NCBI GenBank assembly: GCA_044239025.1 | Contig: JBIICE010000001.1 | Span: 1-59,196 of the forward strand | From: Verrucomicrobiales bacterium | GTDB lineage: Bacteria > Verrucomicrobiota > Verrucomicrobiia > Verrucomicrobiales > V1-33 | Length of the DNA stretch: 59,196 nucleotides | Direction of reading: 5' to 3' | Position numbers and translations under genes: made by a program | Shown: piece after piece, positions 49,890 through 57,901 of the stretch | Layout of the letters: each line of letters begins with the position of its first letter | How positions within the stretch are numbered: the first letter of the stretch is position 1 | Notes under the pieces: model-generated | Seen by the model: the letters and a program-made list of their open reading frames with translations, nothing else | Database searches by the model: none | What the model was told of the DNA's origin: nothing

Positions 49890-50882
49890 TCATTTAAGTT
49901 CAAGAGAAAACTGGGTTTTTTCGGTTTTCCCGGGTTCCATGTATTCGAGGTCGACCTGCTGGTCGGTGACTTTGAGGATGGTGTATTTGACATCCGGCAC
50001 GGAGGGGAAAGTGATTTCTGCGCCTTCGCCGCCTTCGACCAGTTCCTCTTTGCCGAGGGTATTGGCGATTTTGGCTCTGAGGGTGGGCAATTCGGCGACT
50101 GTTCCCAGGACAATCTCGAGTGGTTTCGCCTTGGGGTTTTTGAGGTCGGTGAGGATGACAACCGGTTTGACGTCCGTGACGCCGCCGTCCTTGACTTCGC
50201 GTTTCTCGACCTTGGAGATCTGGTAGGTGGGTTCGCCGCCTTTTTCGATGGCGAACTTGTCACCGACCTTGGTGAAGGCCGTGTACTTCTTGGCGACCGG
50301 GGCCGTGCGTTGGATCTGGAGGTCCGAATCGCTGATGTAGGAGACGAACTTCAGACTTAGTTCGTCCTTGAGGATTTCCTTGAACGCCAGTTTGGTGTGG
50401 GCGGCCGGGAGGCTGCGGGCATCCTTGGGATTGCTTTTTCCGATGAATTCCTCGGCATTGCTGAAGCCATCGCCATCGGTATCGATTTCAGCGATGTCCT
50501 GGCGGGTGATGTCGAGGCCGTAGCGGTAGAGCCATTCGTTATCGATGGGGGCCCGAACCTGTTTGGCGTCGGTGGCGAGGATGGGGATGACGTTGCCGTC
50601 GACTGTCTTGAGGACAGGAGCAGAAACGAAGAGGCTGACGGGCTTTCCTTTGATCACCGGGGGTTTGAATTCGGCGCTTTCCGCGAGGCGGGCGATGGCA
50701 GCGTCGACGCGGGTGGAGGAGGTATCCTCTCCGAAGTTGGCGTTCTGTCGGACCTCGTCTTCGGGCGGGAACTGCTGGGCGAAGCCGAGCACCTTGGAGA
50801 TGAGAAGTCCGCCGGTGAGCACCGCGATGGCCCCGAAGAGGCCAAGGAGGAGTCGGTCGTATTTAGCTTTGAGCCATTCCAT
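49890..50882 (-). CDS. Membrane-anchored hypothetical protein of the pilus-like cluster
   Basis: N-terminal TM helix (LLLGLFGAIAVLTGGLLI) and a DTDGDGFSNAEEF calcium-binding-type motif. It occupies the position between secretin and the Amuc_1100-like gene. Confidence 0.7.
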   Translation of the reverse strand: MEWLKAKYDRLLLGLFGAIAVLTGGLLISKVLGFAQQFPPEDEVRQNANFGEDTSSTRVDAAIARLAESAEFKPPVIKGKPVSLFVSAPVLKTVDGNVIPILATDAKQVRAPIDNEWLYRYGLDITRQDIAEIDTDGDGFSNAEEFIGKSNPKDARSLPAAHTKLAFKEILKDELSLKFVSYISDSDLQIQRTAPVAKKYTAFTKVGDKFAIEKGGEPTYQISKVEKREVKDGGVTDVKPVVILTDLKNPKAKPLEIVLGTVAELPTLRAKIANTLGKEELVEGGEGAEITFPSVPDVKYTILKVTDQQVDLEYMEPGKTEKTQFSLELK

Positions 50883-50906
50883 GAGAAGCGTGCGTGGAGA
50901 GATCGG

Positions 50907-51932
50907 TTACTTTGACGGGGTGGCTGCTGCGGGGGCGGCCTCGGTGGTGGGGTCAAGGAAGCGGATCAGGTCGACGTCGAGATAGAGAGTGACGGATTCG
51001 TTTCCGAGGATGTATTTGGCATCCCGTTTCACGGTGGTTTTGGTTTCCGGGTCCTCCTTTTCCTCCATGGTGACGGTGACGGTCTTGTCCGGGCCGTCCT
51101 TCATGGAGTTTTCGACCTTGAGGGTGCGGATGGTGTAGAAGTGCGCCCCGGCTTCGCCTGGTTTGATATTGGCGAGGGCCGAGAGGAACTGGGTGATGGC
51201 GATATTGGAGCCCGTGACGGTCAGCTGCATGGGCTGGCGTTCGAGCACCTTCGATTCCTCGACGGCGGGGCCGGCGGGGGCTTTGCCCGTGGTCTTGACG
51301 GTTGGGCTGCCTGGAGCCGGTTTTGGAGTCGGTTTGGGCTGGACACCCGGTTTACCGGCGGCGGGCGCCGGGGCGGCATCCGCTTTGGCCGCTTCCACCG
51401 TGAGGGGGGCCCGCTTGAAGGATTCGAGAGAGGAAACTCCCGAAGCCATGGCGGTGTTGAGTAGGTAGGTTACGGCGTCCAGTTGGGCTGCCAGCTGGGG
51501 AGCGGCTTCGGTGGAGGCGAAGGAATCGCTGTACTTGTCGAATCCGATATCGAATTTCTCGCCGAGCGTGACCTTCCGTTCCTTGGCAGCCTCGGTGATG
51601 GCGGCCGTGGCGGCTACCAGTTTCTTCTGGAAGCTCTCGCCGGTTTCGGCGGCATTGATGGGCGACTGGTAGGCGGAGACGCCATCGACGAGCGTCTTCA
51701 CCTTGGCGGCGAGGGCATCGACGAGTTGCTTCTTCTTGGCCTCGTTCGCTTCGTTGGGGAAGATGGATCCCCGCTGCATTGACTCGAGGGTATTGCGTTT
51801 GGCTTCGTAGCTTTCCTTGGCTCCGGTGGCGGCCGAGCTGGCGGACCAGGCGAGGTAGCCGAGGCCGAGAGTTCCGATTCCGAGCACGGCGAAATATCCG
51901 GGCAGGAACGAATTGAATTTTCCTTTGCTCAT
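50907..51932 (-). CDS. Membrane-anchored PilO-like protein (Amuc_1100-like by position and architecture)
   Basis: N-terminal TM helix (FLPGYFAVLGIGTLGLGYLAW), a coiled-coil region, a Pro/Ala-rich linker, and a C-terminal alpha/beta domain (MQLTVTGSNIAITQFLSALANI...YTIRTLKVEN). Confidence 0.7.
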   Translation of the reverse strand: MSKGKFNSFLPGYFAVLGIGTLGLGYLAWSASSAATGAKESYEAKRNTLESMQRGSIFPNEANEAKKKQLVDALAAKVKTLVDGVSAYQSPINAAETGESFQKKLVAATAAITEAAKERKVTLGEKFDIGFDKYSDSFASTEAAPQLAAQLDAVTYLLNTAMASGVSSLESFKRAPLTVEAAKADAAPAPAAGKPGVQPKPTPKPAPGSPTVKTTGKAPAGPAVEESKVLERQPMQLTVTGSNIAITQFLSALANIKPGEAGAHFYTIRTLKVENSMKDGPDKTVTVTMEEKEDPETKTTVKRDAKYILGNESVTLYLDVDLIRFLDPTTEAAPAAATPSK

Positions 51933-51958
51933 GATGGGCGGGGGTCCGGGACTACGGT

Positions 51959-53779
51959 TTACTTCTTGGTGGAGGGGACGATCTGCACCTTGCGTTTGAG
52001 GGGCAGTTTCATGTGGAAGGCGTAGCCGTCCTTGGCGTCCAGAGCACCGACCTCGTGCTTCACGTATTCCTGGAGGAACGTGGTTTCGTCCTTGGCGTTG
52101 AATTCAAAGTACTTGGCCATGGGGCTGGCGGGGTCCTGAGTGCCATCCTCCTTATAGCCGGCCACTTCCTTGATGAACTTGAGGGCCAGTTCTCCGGCAT
52201 TCTCACCGCTCCGGCTCACGCCGATGAGGTGGAGGGCGTCGACTGGCTTCTTGTCATCCTTGGCAGCGCCGGGAGCCGAGGTGGAGCGCCCGAGGTCAAA
52301 TGGGTTCCCGGGGTCATCGCCCTCGCTGAGTTGGGGGAGCATTTCCTTGCCGTCGGCGTCGAGGGGGCTCAGCTGCACGATCCACATCTGATCGTCCTTG
52401 ATCAGGTTATTGAGATCATTGAGCATGGACACCCAGTACTTCTGGTCGACGATCGTGTCGGCGATGTAGTCGACGCGGGCTTTTTCGACGGCTTCGCGGG
52501 TCGTGGCGGCTTTGATGCCCTTGTCGAAGCGGTCGAGGTCGGCGATTTTCGATTCCAGCTCATCTTGCTTGCGCTGGTAGCTGCCGGCTGCGGAGCTATT
52601 GTAGGCCCAGGTGCCGAGGAGTGTGGAGAAGAGGGCAGCAGCGGCCCCGTAGAGGTAGGGCTTGCGTGAACCCACGTCGCGGGAGGCCTGTACGGCCTTG
52701 GGCGAGAGGTCCAGTTCCATGGGGCAGGCCATTTCGCGGAGCGCGAGGCCTACGAGTTCACCGAGGGTGTGGGCTTCCGCCGAAACCTGTTCCACATCGA
52801 TCTTTGGTCCCACGCTGACATTGCGCAGGGCATTGAAGTAGTGAACCGGGATGCGGAGTTTTTCCTCGAACACCTCTTTCACGAAGGGCAGGGAAGCGCC
52901 GGCACCGGCGAGGTAGACTTCCGTGGGGGCGGCACCGCCCTGCTGCTGCCGGTAGGCATTGGTGCGGCGGGCGATTTCGCCATGGATCCGGGCGAGGGCA
53001 TTGCGGATGACCTTGGACATCGCATCGATTTCCGGGTCCTCGTGGTCGGCGTAGTTGCCGCCGAGGTTGACAAACCCTTCCGTGGCCTTGCGGGTCTCGG
53101 CGGTTTCGAAGTCCATGCCCATTTCCTTGGCGATGCTCTGCGTGATTGAGGCTCCGCCCGTCTGGAACGACGAGATGTACGCCCGGGATCCTTCGATGAA
53201 GATGAGGTTGGTGGTACGGGCACCAAGGTCCACGAGGAGCACGCACTCCGAAACATCCGGGTAGTTGTACCGGAACGCGTTGTAGAGGGCGACGGGGGCG
53301 GCGTCGACGATGGCAGTCTTGAGACCACCTCCCTCGACCGCACCGTTGAGGTCGTTGAGGTGTTCCGAGCGCACCGCGACGATACCCACTTCCAGTTCGC
53401 CTCCGCTTTTGCCCATCAGCTGGTAATCCCAGACCGTTTCCGAGAGCGGGAAGGGGACAGCCTGCTGGGCTTCAAAGCCGACGATTTTGTCGACCTGGTC
53501 TTCTCCGAGGGGCGGAAGCTTGACGAACTTGGCGATGAGGAACTGGCCGGGCACGGCGTAGTTCACCGGTTGGTTGGCCGCCTTGAGAGCTCCCGACAGG
53601 GCGCGGACCGCATCCGTGAGGGCGGGTCGGCGCGTACCATCGGCAGTTGGATCTCCTGGCATTTCCGAGAAGGCATAATCCTTCAGCAGCAAGGCTCCTT
53701 TGGAACCCAGTCCGAAGCGTGCCATGCCGGCGCGCTGGGAACCAAGGTTGAGAGTCAGAACAGATTTTTTTTCCGCCAT
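51959..53779 (-). CDS. PilM-like actin-fold ATPase fused to a PilN-like TM/periplasmic segment
   Basis: Actin-like fold blocks LNLGSQRAGMARF, VDLGARTTNLIFIEG and YLAGAGASLPFV. These are followed by a TM helix (YLYGAAAALFSTLLGTWAY) and a periplasmic extension. Confidence 0.82.
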   Translation of the reverse strand: MAEKKSVLTLNLGSQRAGMARFGLGSKGALLLKDYAFSEMPGDPTADGTRRPALTDAVRALSGALKAANQPVNYAVPGQFLIAKFVKLPPLGEDQVDKIVGFEAQQAVPFPLSETVWDYQLMGKSGGELEVGIVAVRSEHLNDLNGAVEGGGLKTAIVDAAPVALYNAFRYNYPDVSECVLLVDLGARTTNLIFIEGSRAYISSFQTGGASITQSIAKEMGMDFETAETRKATEGFVNLGGNYADHEDPEIDAMSKVIRNALARIHGEIARRTNAYRQQQGGAAPTEVYLAGAGASLPFVKEVFEEKLRIPVHYFNALRNVSVGPKIDVEQVSAEAHTLGELVGLALREMACPMELDLSPKAVQASRDVGSRKPYLYGAAAALFSTLLGTWAYNSSAAGSYQRKQDELESKIADLDRFDKGIKAATTREAVEKARVDYIADTIVDQKYWVSMLNDLNNLIKDDQMWIVQLSPLDADGKEMLPQLSEGDDPGNPFDLGRSTSAPGAAKDDKKPVDALHLIGVSRSGENAGELALKFIKEVAGYKEDGTQDPASPMAKYFEFNAKDETTFLQEYVKHEVGALDAKDGYAFHMKLPLKRKVQIVPSTKK

Positions 53780-53846
53780 CGTGGGTGGTGTTTAGAGCGG
53801 CGATTGAGATTTCCGTCAAATAGAAAAGCGATTCGTTCCTGAGGAA

Positions 53847-54515
53847 TCAACGTGGCTTGACTTCCAGGTGGAAGTCGCCCCAGAGGGGAGCGAAGGGAGT
53901 TTCCGGTTTGCTGAGCAGCGCGGCCTCCTGGGGAGGGAGCGAGGGATTGGTCCACCACTCCTTGTTGGCTTCGCTGGTTTTGCGTCCGACGAGGTTGCCA
54001 TCGATGAAGACCTGCACGCCCCAAGCCTTGACCATGGTGGGGTTGGCTGGACCAGTGGCCGTCGAGTCGGTGACCTTCTGGAGTTGCGGCGGCGAGATGT
54101 AGGCGACCGAGTGGACCTTCTCCTTGATGGGGACGTTGGTGTGGATGATTTTTGCGGTGAGCACGCGGCTCTTTTCCTTCGTGGCTCCCGCGAGGTAGGC
54201 GAAGTACTCGAAGGTCACTTCGTCATAGGCTTTGCGCGTCTTGTCCTTTTCGGTTTTCGAGAGTTCGGCGGTGGCTTCGACTTCGATTTCGATCCAGTCC
54301 TTGGGAGTCCAGCGTTTGTCCTTGACGTTGATGGCCTGGATCTGAGGAGTTTTCTGGACGTTGATGTCGACCTTGGCGATGTCGACGAGTTTTTCCTTGC
54401 CGGCCGGGGTTGCCGCGGCAGGTGCGGCGCCTGCGGCAGCGCCATCCTGGGCGGAAGCGAGGATGGGGGTGGAGGCGATGGCGAGGAGGGCTGGGATGAA
54501 GGAAGAGCGCTTCAT
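53847..54515 (-). CDS. Secreted hypothetical protein, first gene of the pilus-like cluster (Amuc_1102-like by position)
   Basis: A 222-aa ORF with the signal peptide MKRSSFIPALLAIASTPILASA and a beta-rich body. Confidence 0.7.
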   Translation of the reverse strand: MKRSSFIPALLAIASTPILASAQDGAAAGAAPAAATPAGKEKLVDIAKVDINVQKTPQIQAINVKDKRWTPKDWIEIEVEATAELSKTEKDKTRKAYDEVTFEYFAYLAGATKEKSRVLTAKIIHTNVPIKEKVHSVAYISPPQLQKVTDSTATGPANPTMVKAWGVQVFIDGNLVGRKTSEANKEWWTNPSLPPQEAALLSKPETPFAPLWGDFHLEVKPR

Positions 54516-54773
54516 GATGGGAGAGAGGGTTGGAGAGCGGACGGAAGGGATTCTGCTGGATGTGGTTGTGCGGGAGTCGCTTCAGAAAGCCGCGCGATTG
54601 CCGCGGGCAGGGTAGTGATGTGGGGAATGGATGGCAGAACTTGAGTGAATTGGTGGCGTGGCGTCAAGGATTTCCCAAAGAAACACCAGGGGAAAATACG
54701 ATGGCCTCTCGGGAATCGGAATTTCGCGAGGACCGTAGTGTGCGGCAGAGACCACGGCAACTCTAAAACCGAA

Positions 54774-54789
54774 TTTTTTCCGGAAAAAA
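54774..54789. promoter_or_regulatory. Perfect 16-bp AT-rich palindrome TTTTTTCCGGAAAAAA in a divergent promoter region
   Basis: Located between the minus-strand pilus-like cluster (start 54515) and the plus-strand sulfatase (start 54882). It is a conspicuous AT block in a GC-rich genome. Confidence 0.35.
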
Positions 54790-54881
54790 ACTGCAGACGG
54801 TGTCGCTTGGCCGCATTGGCACCCGAGACACGTAGGGAGGAAGCGCTGGCGGCGAGGGGAAGAGGCGTGAGGTTTGCTGGC

Positions 54882-56699
54882 ATGAGGCTGATACTGATCG
54901 CAATGATGCTGGCGGCGGCGTGTGGCTATGGGGCGGAGCGGCCCAACGTGCTGTGGATCACGAGCGAGGACAATGGTCCGCAGCTGGGATGTTATGGGGA
55001 CAAGGATGCGGTCACTCCGAATCTGGACCGTCTGGCGTCGCGCGGGGTCCGGTTCCGGCGGGCGTGGTCGGTGGCACCGGTTTGTGCGCCGGCGCGGACG
55101 GCCTTGATTTCCGGGGTGTATCCGAATTCGAGCGGTGGTCTGCACATGCGGAGCGGGGTGGCAGTGCCGGGGGAGTGGCGCATGTATCCGCAGTTGCTGC
55201 GGGAGGCCGGTATTTACTGCACGAACAATGCGAAAGAGGACTACAACGTCGAGGTCAGGGGCAAGGTGTGGGATGAATCATCGAAGCGGGCTCATTGGCG
55301 TCAGCGTGGGGCTGGGCAGGCGTTTTTTGCGGTCTTCAACATTGAACTGACGCATGAGGGGCAGGTGCGGAAGCGGCCGCATGAGCCCGTGCATGCCCCT
55401 GAGGCTGTGCGGCTTCCGGCGTACTGGCCGGACATTCCCGAGGTGAGGACCGACTGGGCGCAGTATCATGATCAGATGAGTGCGATGGATGCGCGGGTGG
55501 GGGCGCTGCTGCGGGAGCTGGAGGAAGCGGGGCTGGCTGGGGAAACCATTGTGATTTACTGTGGCGACCACGGACCTGGGCTGCCGCGCTGCAAGCGGAC
55601 GCCGTGTGATTCCGGGCTGCGGGTGCCGTTGCTGATGCATTTTCCCGCGAAGTGGCGGCATCTCGCTCCTCGTGGCTATGAGGAGGGCCGGGAACTGGCC
55701 CAGTTGGTGGATTTCACGGATTTTGCGCCGACGTTCCTGAGTCTCTACGGCATTGCAATTCCTGGCTGGATGCAGGGGAAGGCGTTTGCCGGAGAGGGCA
55801 GAGCCGAGGAGAGACGCTACATCTTCGGGATGAGGGATCGGATGGATGAGCGGTACGATCCGGTGCGGTCGGTGACCGATGGCCGCTGGGTGTACGTCCG
55901 GAATTTCTTCACGCACCGCCCGGCCGGGCAGCGGGTGGCCTACCAGTTCGAGACCCCGATGACGCGGGCGTGGCACCGGTTGGCGGGCGAGCAGAAGCTG
56001 CCCCCGGCGCAGGCCGCTTTCTGGGAACCGCATCCTGCCGAAGAACTCCATGATCTGGAGGCAGATCCGGATGAAGTGAGGAATCTCGCGGGCGACCCCG
56101 GCAGCCGGGCGGCACTGGATCGCATGAGAGAGGCGCTGCGGACCCATGTGGATTCCATCGGAGACGTCTGTCTGCTGCCCGAGGCGGAGATGCTGCGGCT
56201 GAGTGCGGGGAGTTCCCCATATGAAATGGCGCGACGGGATGGGAAATTCCGCTTTGGGGAAGTCGTGAGGGCGGCATTTGCGGCCAGTGGGCCGGGATTG
56301 GCCGGAGAGGAATGCCGGCAGCTGCTGCGGCACCCGGAGGCCTCCGTGCGCTGGTGGGGGGCGATGGGGTGCCGCATGAACCCGGCCCTGGCCGAGGCGC
56401 AGCACGGTCGGCTCGCGGAACTGCTGACGGATGAGAATCCGAGCGTCCGGGTGGCGGCAGCCGAAGCCCTCCGGGACACGGAGGCGGCGACGGCTGTGCT
56501 GCTGAAGGCCGCCGACCTGATGGAGTCGGACTACTTTGACGCCCTGCGGGCGCTCAATGCGATCGAGGATCTGGGGAAGGAGCGGGTGGGGGCACTACGC
56601 CGTCAACTCACGGAGCTTCCCGTGAAATACGGTCGGCCGATTCCGCGGGGAGGCGACTACATCGAGCGCATGCTGAGTCATCTTGGCGTGCTTCCGTGA
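54882..56699 (+). CDS. Sulfatase with C-terminal HEAT-repeat region
   Basis: Signal MRLILIAMMLAAACGYG, then RPNVLWITSEDNGPQLGCYG and the canonical formylglycine motif VCAPARTALISG. The C-terminus has HEAT-like repeats (HPEASVRWWGAMG, DENPSVRVAAAEAL). The start is ATG 54882; the track ORF starts at 54645. Confidence 0.88.
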   Translation: MRLILIAMMLAAACGYGAERPNVLWITSEDNGPQLGCYGDKDAVTPNLDRLASRGVRFRRAWSVAPVCAPARTALISGVYPNSSGGLHMRSGVAVPGEWRMYPQLLREAGIYCTNNAKEDYNVEVRGKVWDESSKRAHWRQRGAGQAFFAVFNIELTHEGQVRKRPHEPVHAPEAVRLPAYWPDIPEVRTDWAQYHDQMSAMDARVGALLRELEEAGLAGETIVIYCGDHGPGLPRCKRTPCDSGLRVPLLMHFPAKWRHLAPRGYEEGRELAQLVDFTDFAPTFLSLYGIAIPGWMQGKAFAGEGRAEERRYIFGMRDRMDERYDPVRSVTDGRWVYVRNFFTHRPAGQRVAYQFETPMTRAWHRLAGEQKLPPAQAAFWEPHPAEELHDLEADPDEVRNLAGDPGSRAALDRMREALRTHVDSIGDVCLLPEAEMLRLSAGSSPYEMARRDGKFRFGEVVRAAFAASGPGLAGEECRQLLRHPEASVRWWGAMGCRMNPALAEAQHGRLAELLTDENPSVRVAAAEALRDTEAATAVLLKAADLMESDYFDALRALNAIEDLGKERVGALRRQLTELPVKYGRPIPRGGDYIERMLSHLGVLP

Positions 56700-57079
56700 C
56701 CCACCAGCCGGGGTGGGGCTGGATGCTGCAGAAAACCGCGGGGGCCCGTCGATTTGGAGCCTTCCGAAGGGGGGAGCCTCCCGACGGGGAACCGCCCGAC
56801 AGGGAACCGCGTCCCTGCCGGGCTGCCGTTCCGGGCGGGTGCGATGTCTGGCCGCGGGGCAAAACGCCGCTTGCAGCGAGGGGAATTGATGGTAGTTCCG
56901 TATTCTTCCGGGAGATTGTGCTGTGGACTGGCGGGTGCCATGCCGGTGCGGTCGGCCGGAATTTCCAGGATTTCCCATCCGTCACGATGGTTCCGCCGAA
57001 GATTGTGCCATTTCCGTCAGGGTTGCCGGAGAACCGGTCGCCGGCGGGTCACGTGGCTTCCCCCCAAGAGTTTACTGCC

Positions 57080-57304
57080 ATGAAGACTGATCTCATCGAA
57101 AAAGCTGCCCGCGTCATTCCGAATCCCCCGGTTCTTGTGAATCTGGTATCGCGTCGGGTCCGCCAGTTGAATCAGGGCCGGGCTCCGCTGATCAATCCGG
57201 CGGCCTACGGGATGCGGTTGGGACAGGGAGACATCGCGCTGCTGGAGATCATCGAAGGAAAGATTTCCGCGGAATTTGCGGACGCGCCTGCGGAGCCTTC
57301 CTGA
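57080..57304 (+). CDS. rpoZ: DNA-directed RNA polymerase subunit omega
   Basis: A 74-aa reading frame: MKTDLIEKAARVIPNPPVLVNLVSRRVRQLNQGRAP...GDIALLEIIEGKI. It is the 3' part of track ORF 56696-57304. Confidence 0.75.
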   Translation: MKTDLIEKAARVIPNPPVLVNLVSRRVRQLNQGRAPLINPAAYGMRLGQGDIALLEIIEGKISAEFADAPAEPS

Positions 57305-57337
57305 GTGGGAAGGTGGGGCTGACGCACGGTCTGCCGG

Positions 57338-57844
57338 ATGGTTCCGGTGAACCCGTTGGCAGACCGTATCAATTTCATGGGAGCCGCGAGCGGGGACATT
57401 GCCGTCAACCGGAAGGCACTGCACGAGTACCACATCCTCGAGAAGTTCGAGGCCGGGGTGGAACTCAAGGGTACCGAGGTGAAGTCCGTGCGCGAAGGGC
57501 GCATCAACCTGCGCGACGCCTTTGCGCGCGTCGACGGCGGGCAGTGTCTGCTCTATGGCTGTGACATTCAACCGTATGAGAAAGCGAGCTGGGAACAGCA
57601 CGATCCGCGGCGGGTCCGCCGGCTGCTGCTGCACCGGAAGGAAATCATGCGGCTCTACGGAATCTGCCAGGTCAAGGGTCATGCCCTCGTGGCACTGCGC
57701 GCGTACTGGAAAGGTCCCCGGGTGAAGATTGAGCTGGCCGTGGGGAGGGGCAAGGATGCCGGGGACAAGCGGGAGGCGCTCAAGGGGAAGGAAGCGAAGC
57801 GGGAAATCGAGCGGGAGGTGGCGAGGTTCAACCGCCGCAAGTGA
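57338..57844 (+). CDS. smpB: SsrA-binding protein
   Basis: AVNRKALHEYHILEKFEAGVELKGTEVKSVREGRINLRDAF..., RRLLLHRKEI, and a basic C-terminal tail. Confidence 0.93.
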   Translation: MVPVNPLADRINFMGAASGDIAVNRKALHEYHILEKFEAGVELKGTEVKSVREGRINLRDAFARVDGGQCLLYGCDIQPYEKASWEQHDPRRVRRLLLHRKEIMRLYGICQVKGHALVALRAYWKGPRVKIELAVGRGKDAGDKREALKGKEAKREIEREVARFNRRK

Positions 57845-57901
57845 GTGCAGGCGGGGCAAAATGGGTTTGAAATGACGGGAAGGAGCGGCCAGGGGAAGGG
57901 A

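Noticed and set aside
54817-54831. TGGCAC as a possible sigma-54 -24 element upstream of the sulfatase gene
   Set aside because: The expected -12 TTGC element at the correct spacing is absent (it reads acac).
57315-57322. GGGGCTGA, the typical 5' start of tmRNA, just upstream of smpB
   Set aside because: It lacks the following GGATTCGAC-type sequence, the tag reading frame and the tRNA-like 3' end (…TCCACCA). The downstream 500 nt are fully accounted for by smpB. I regard it as coincidence.
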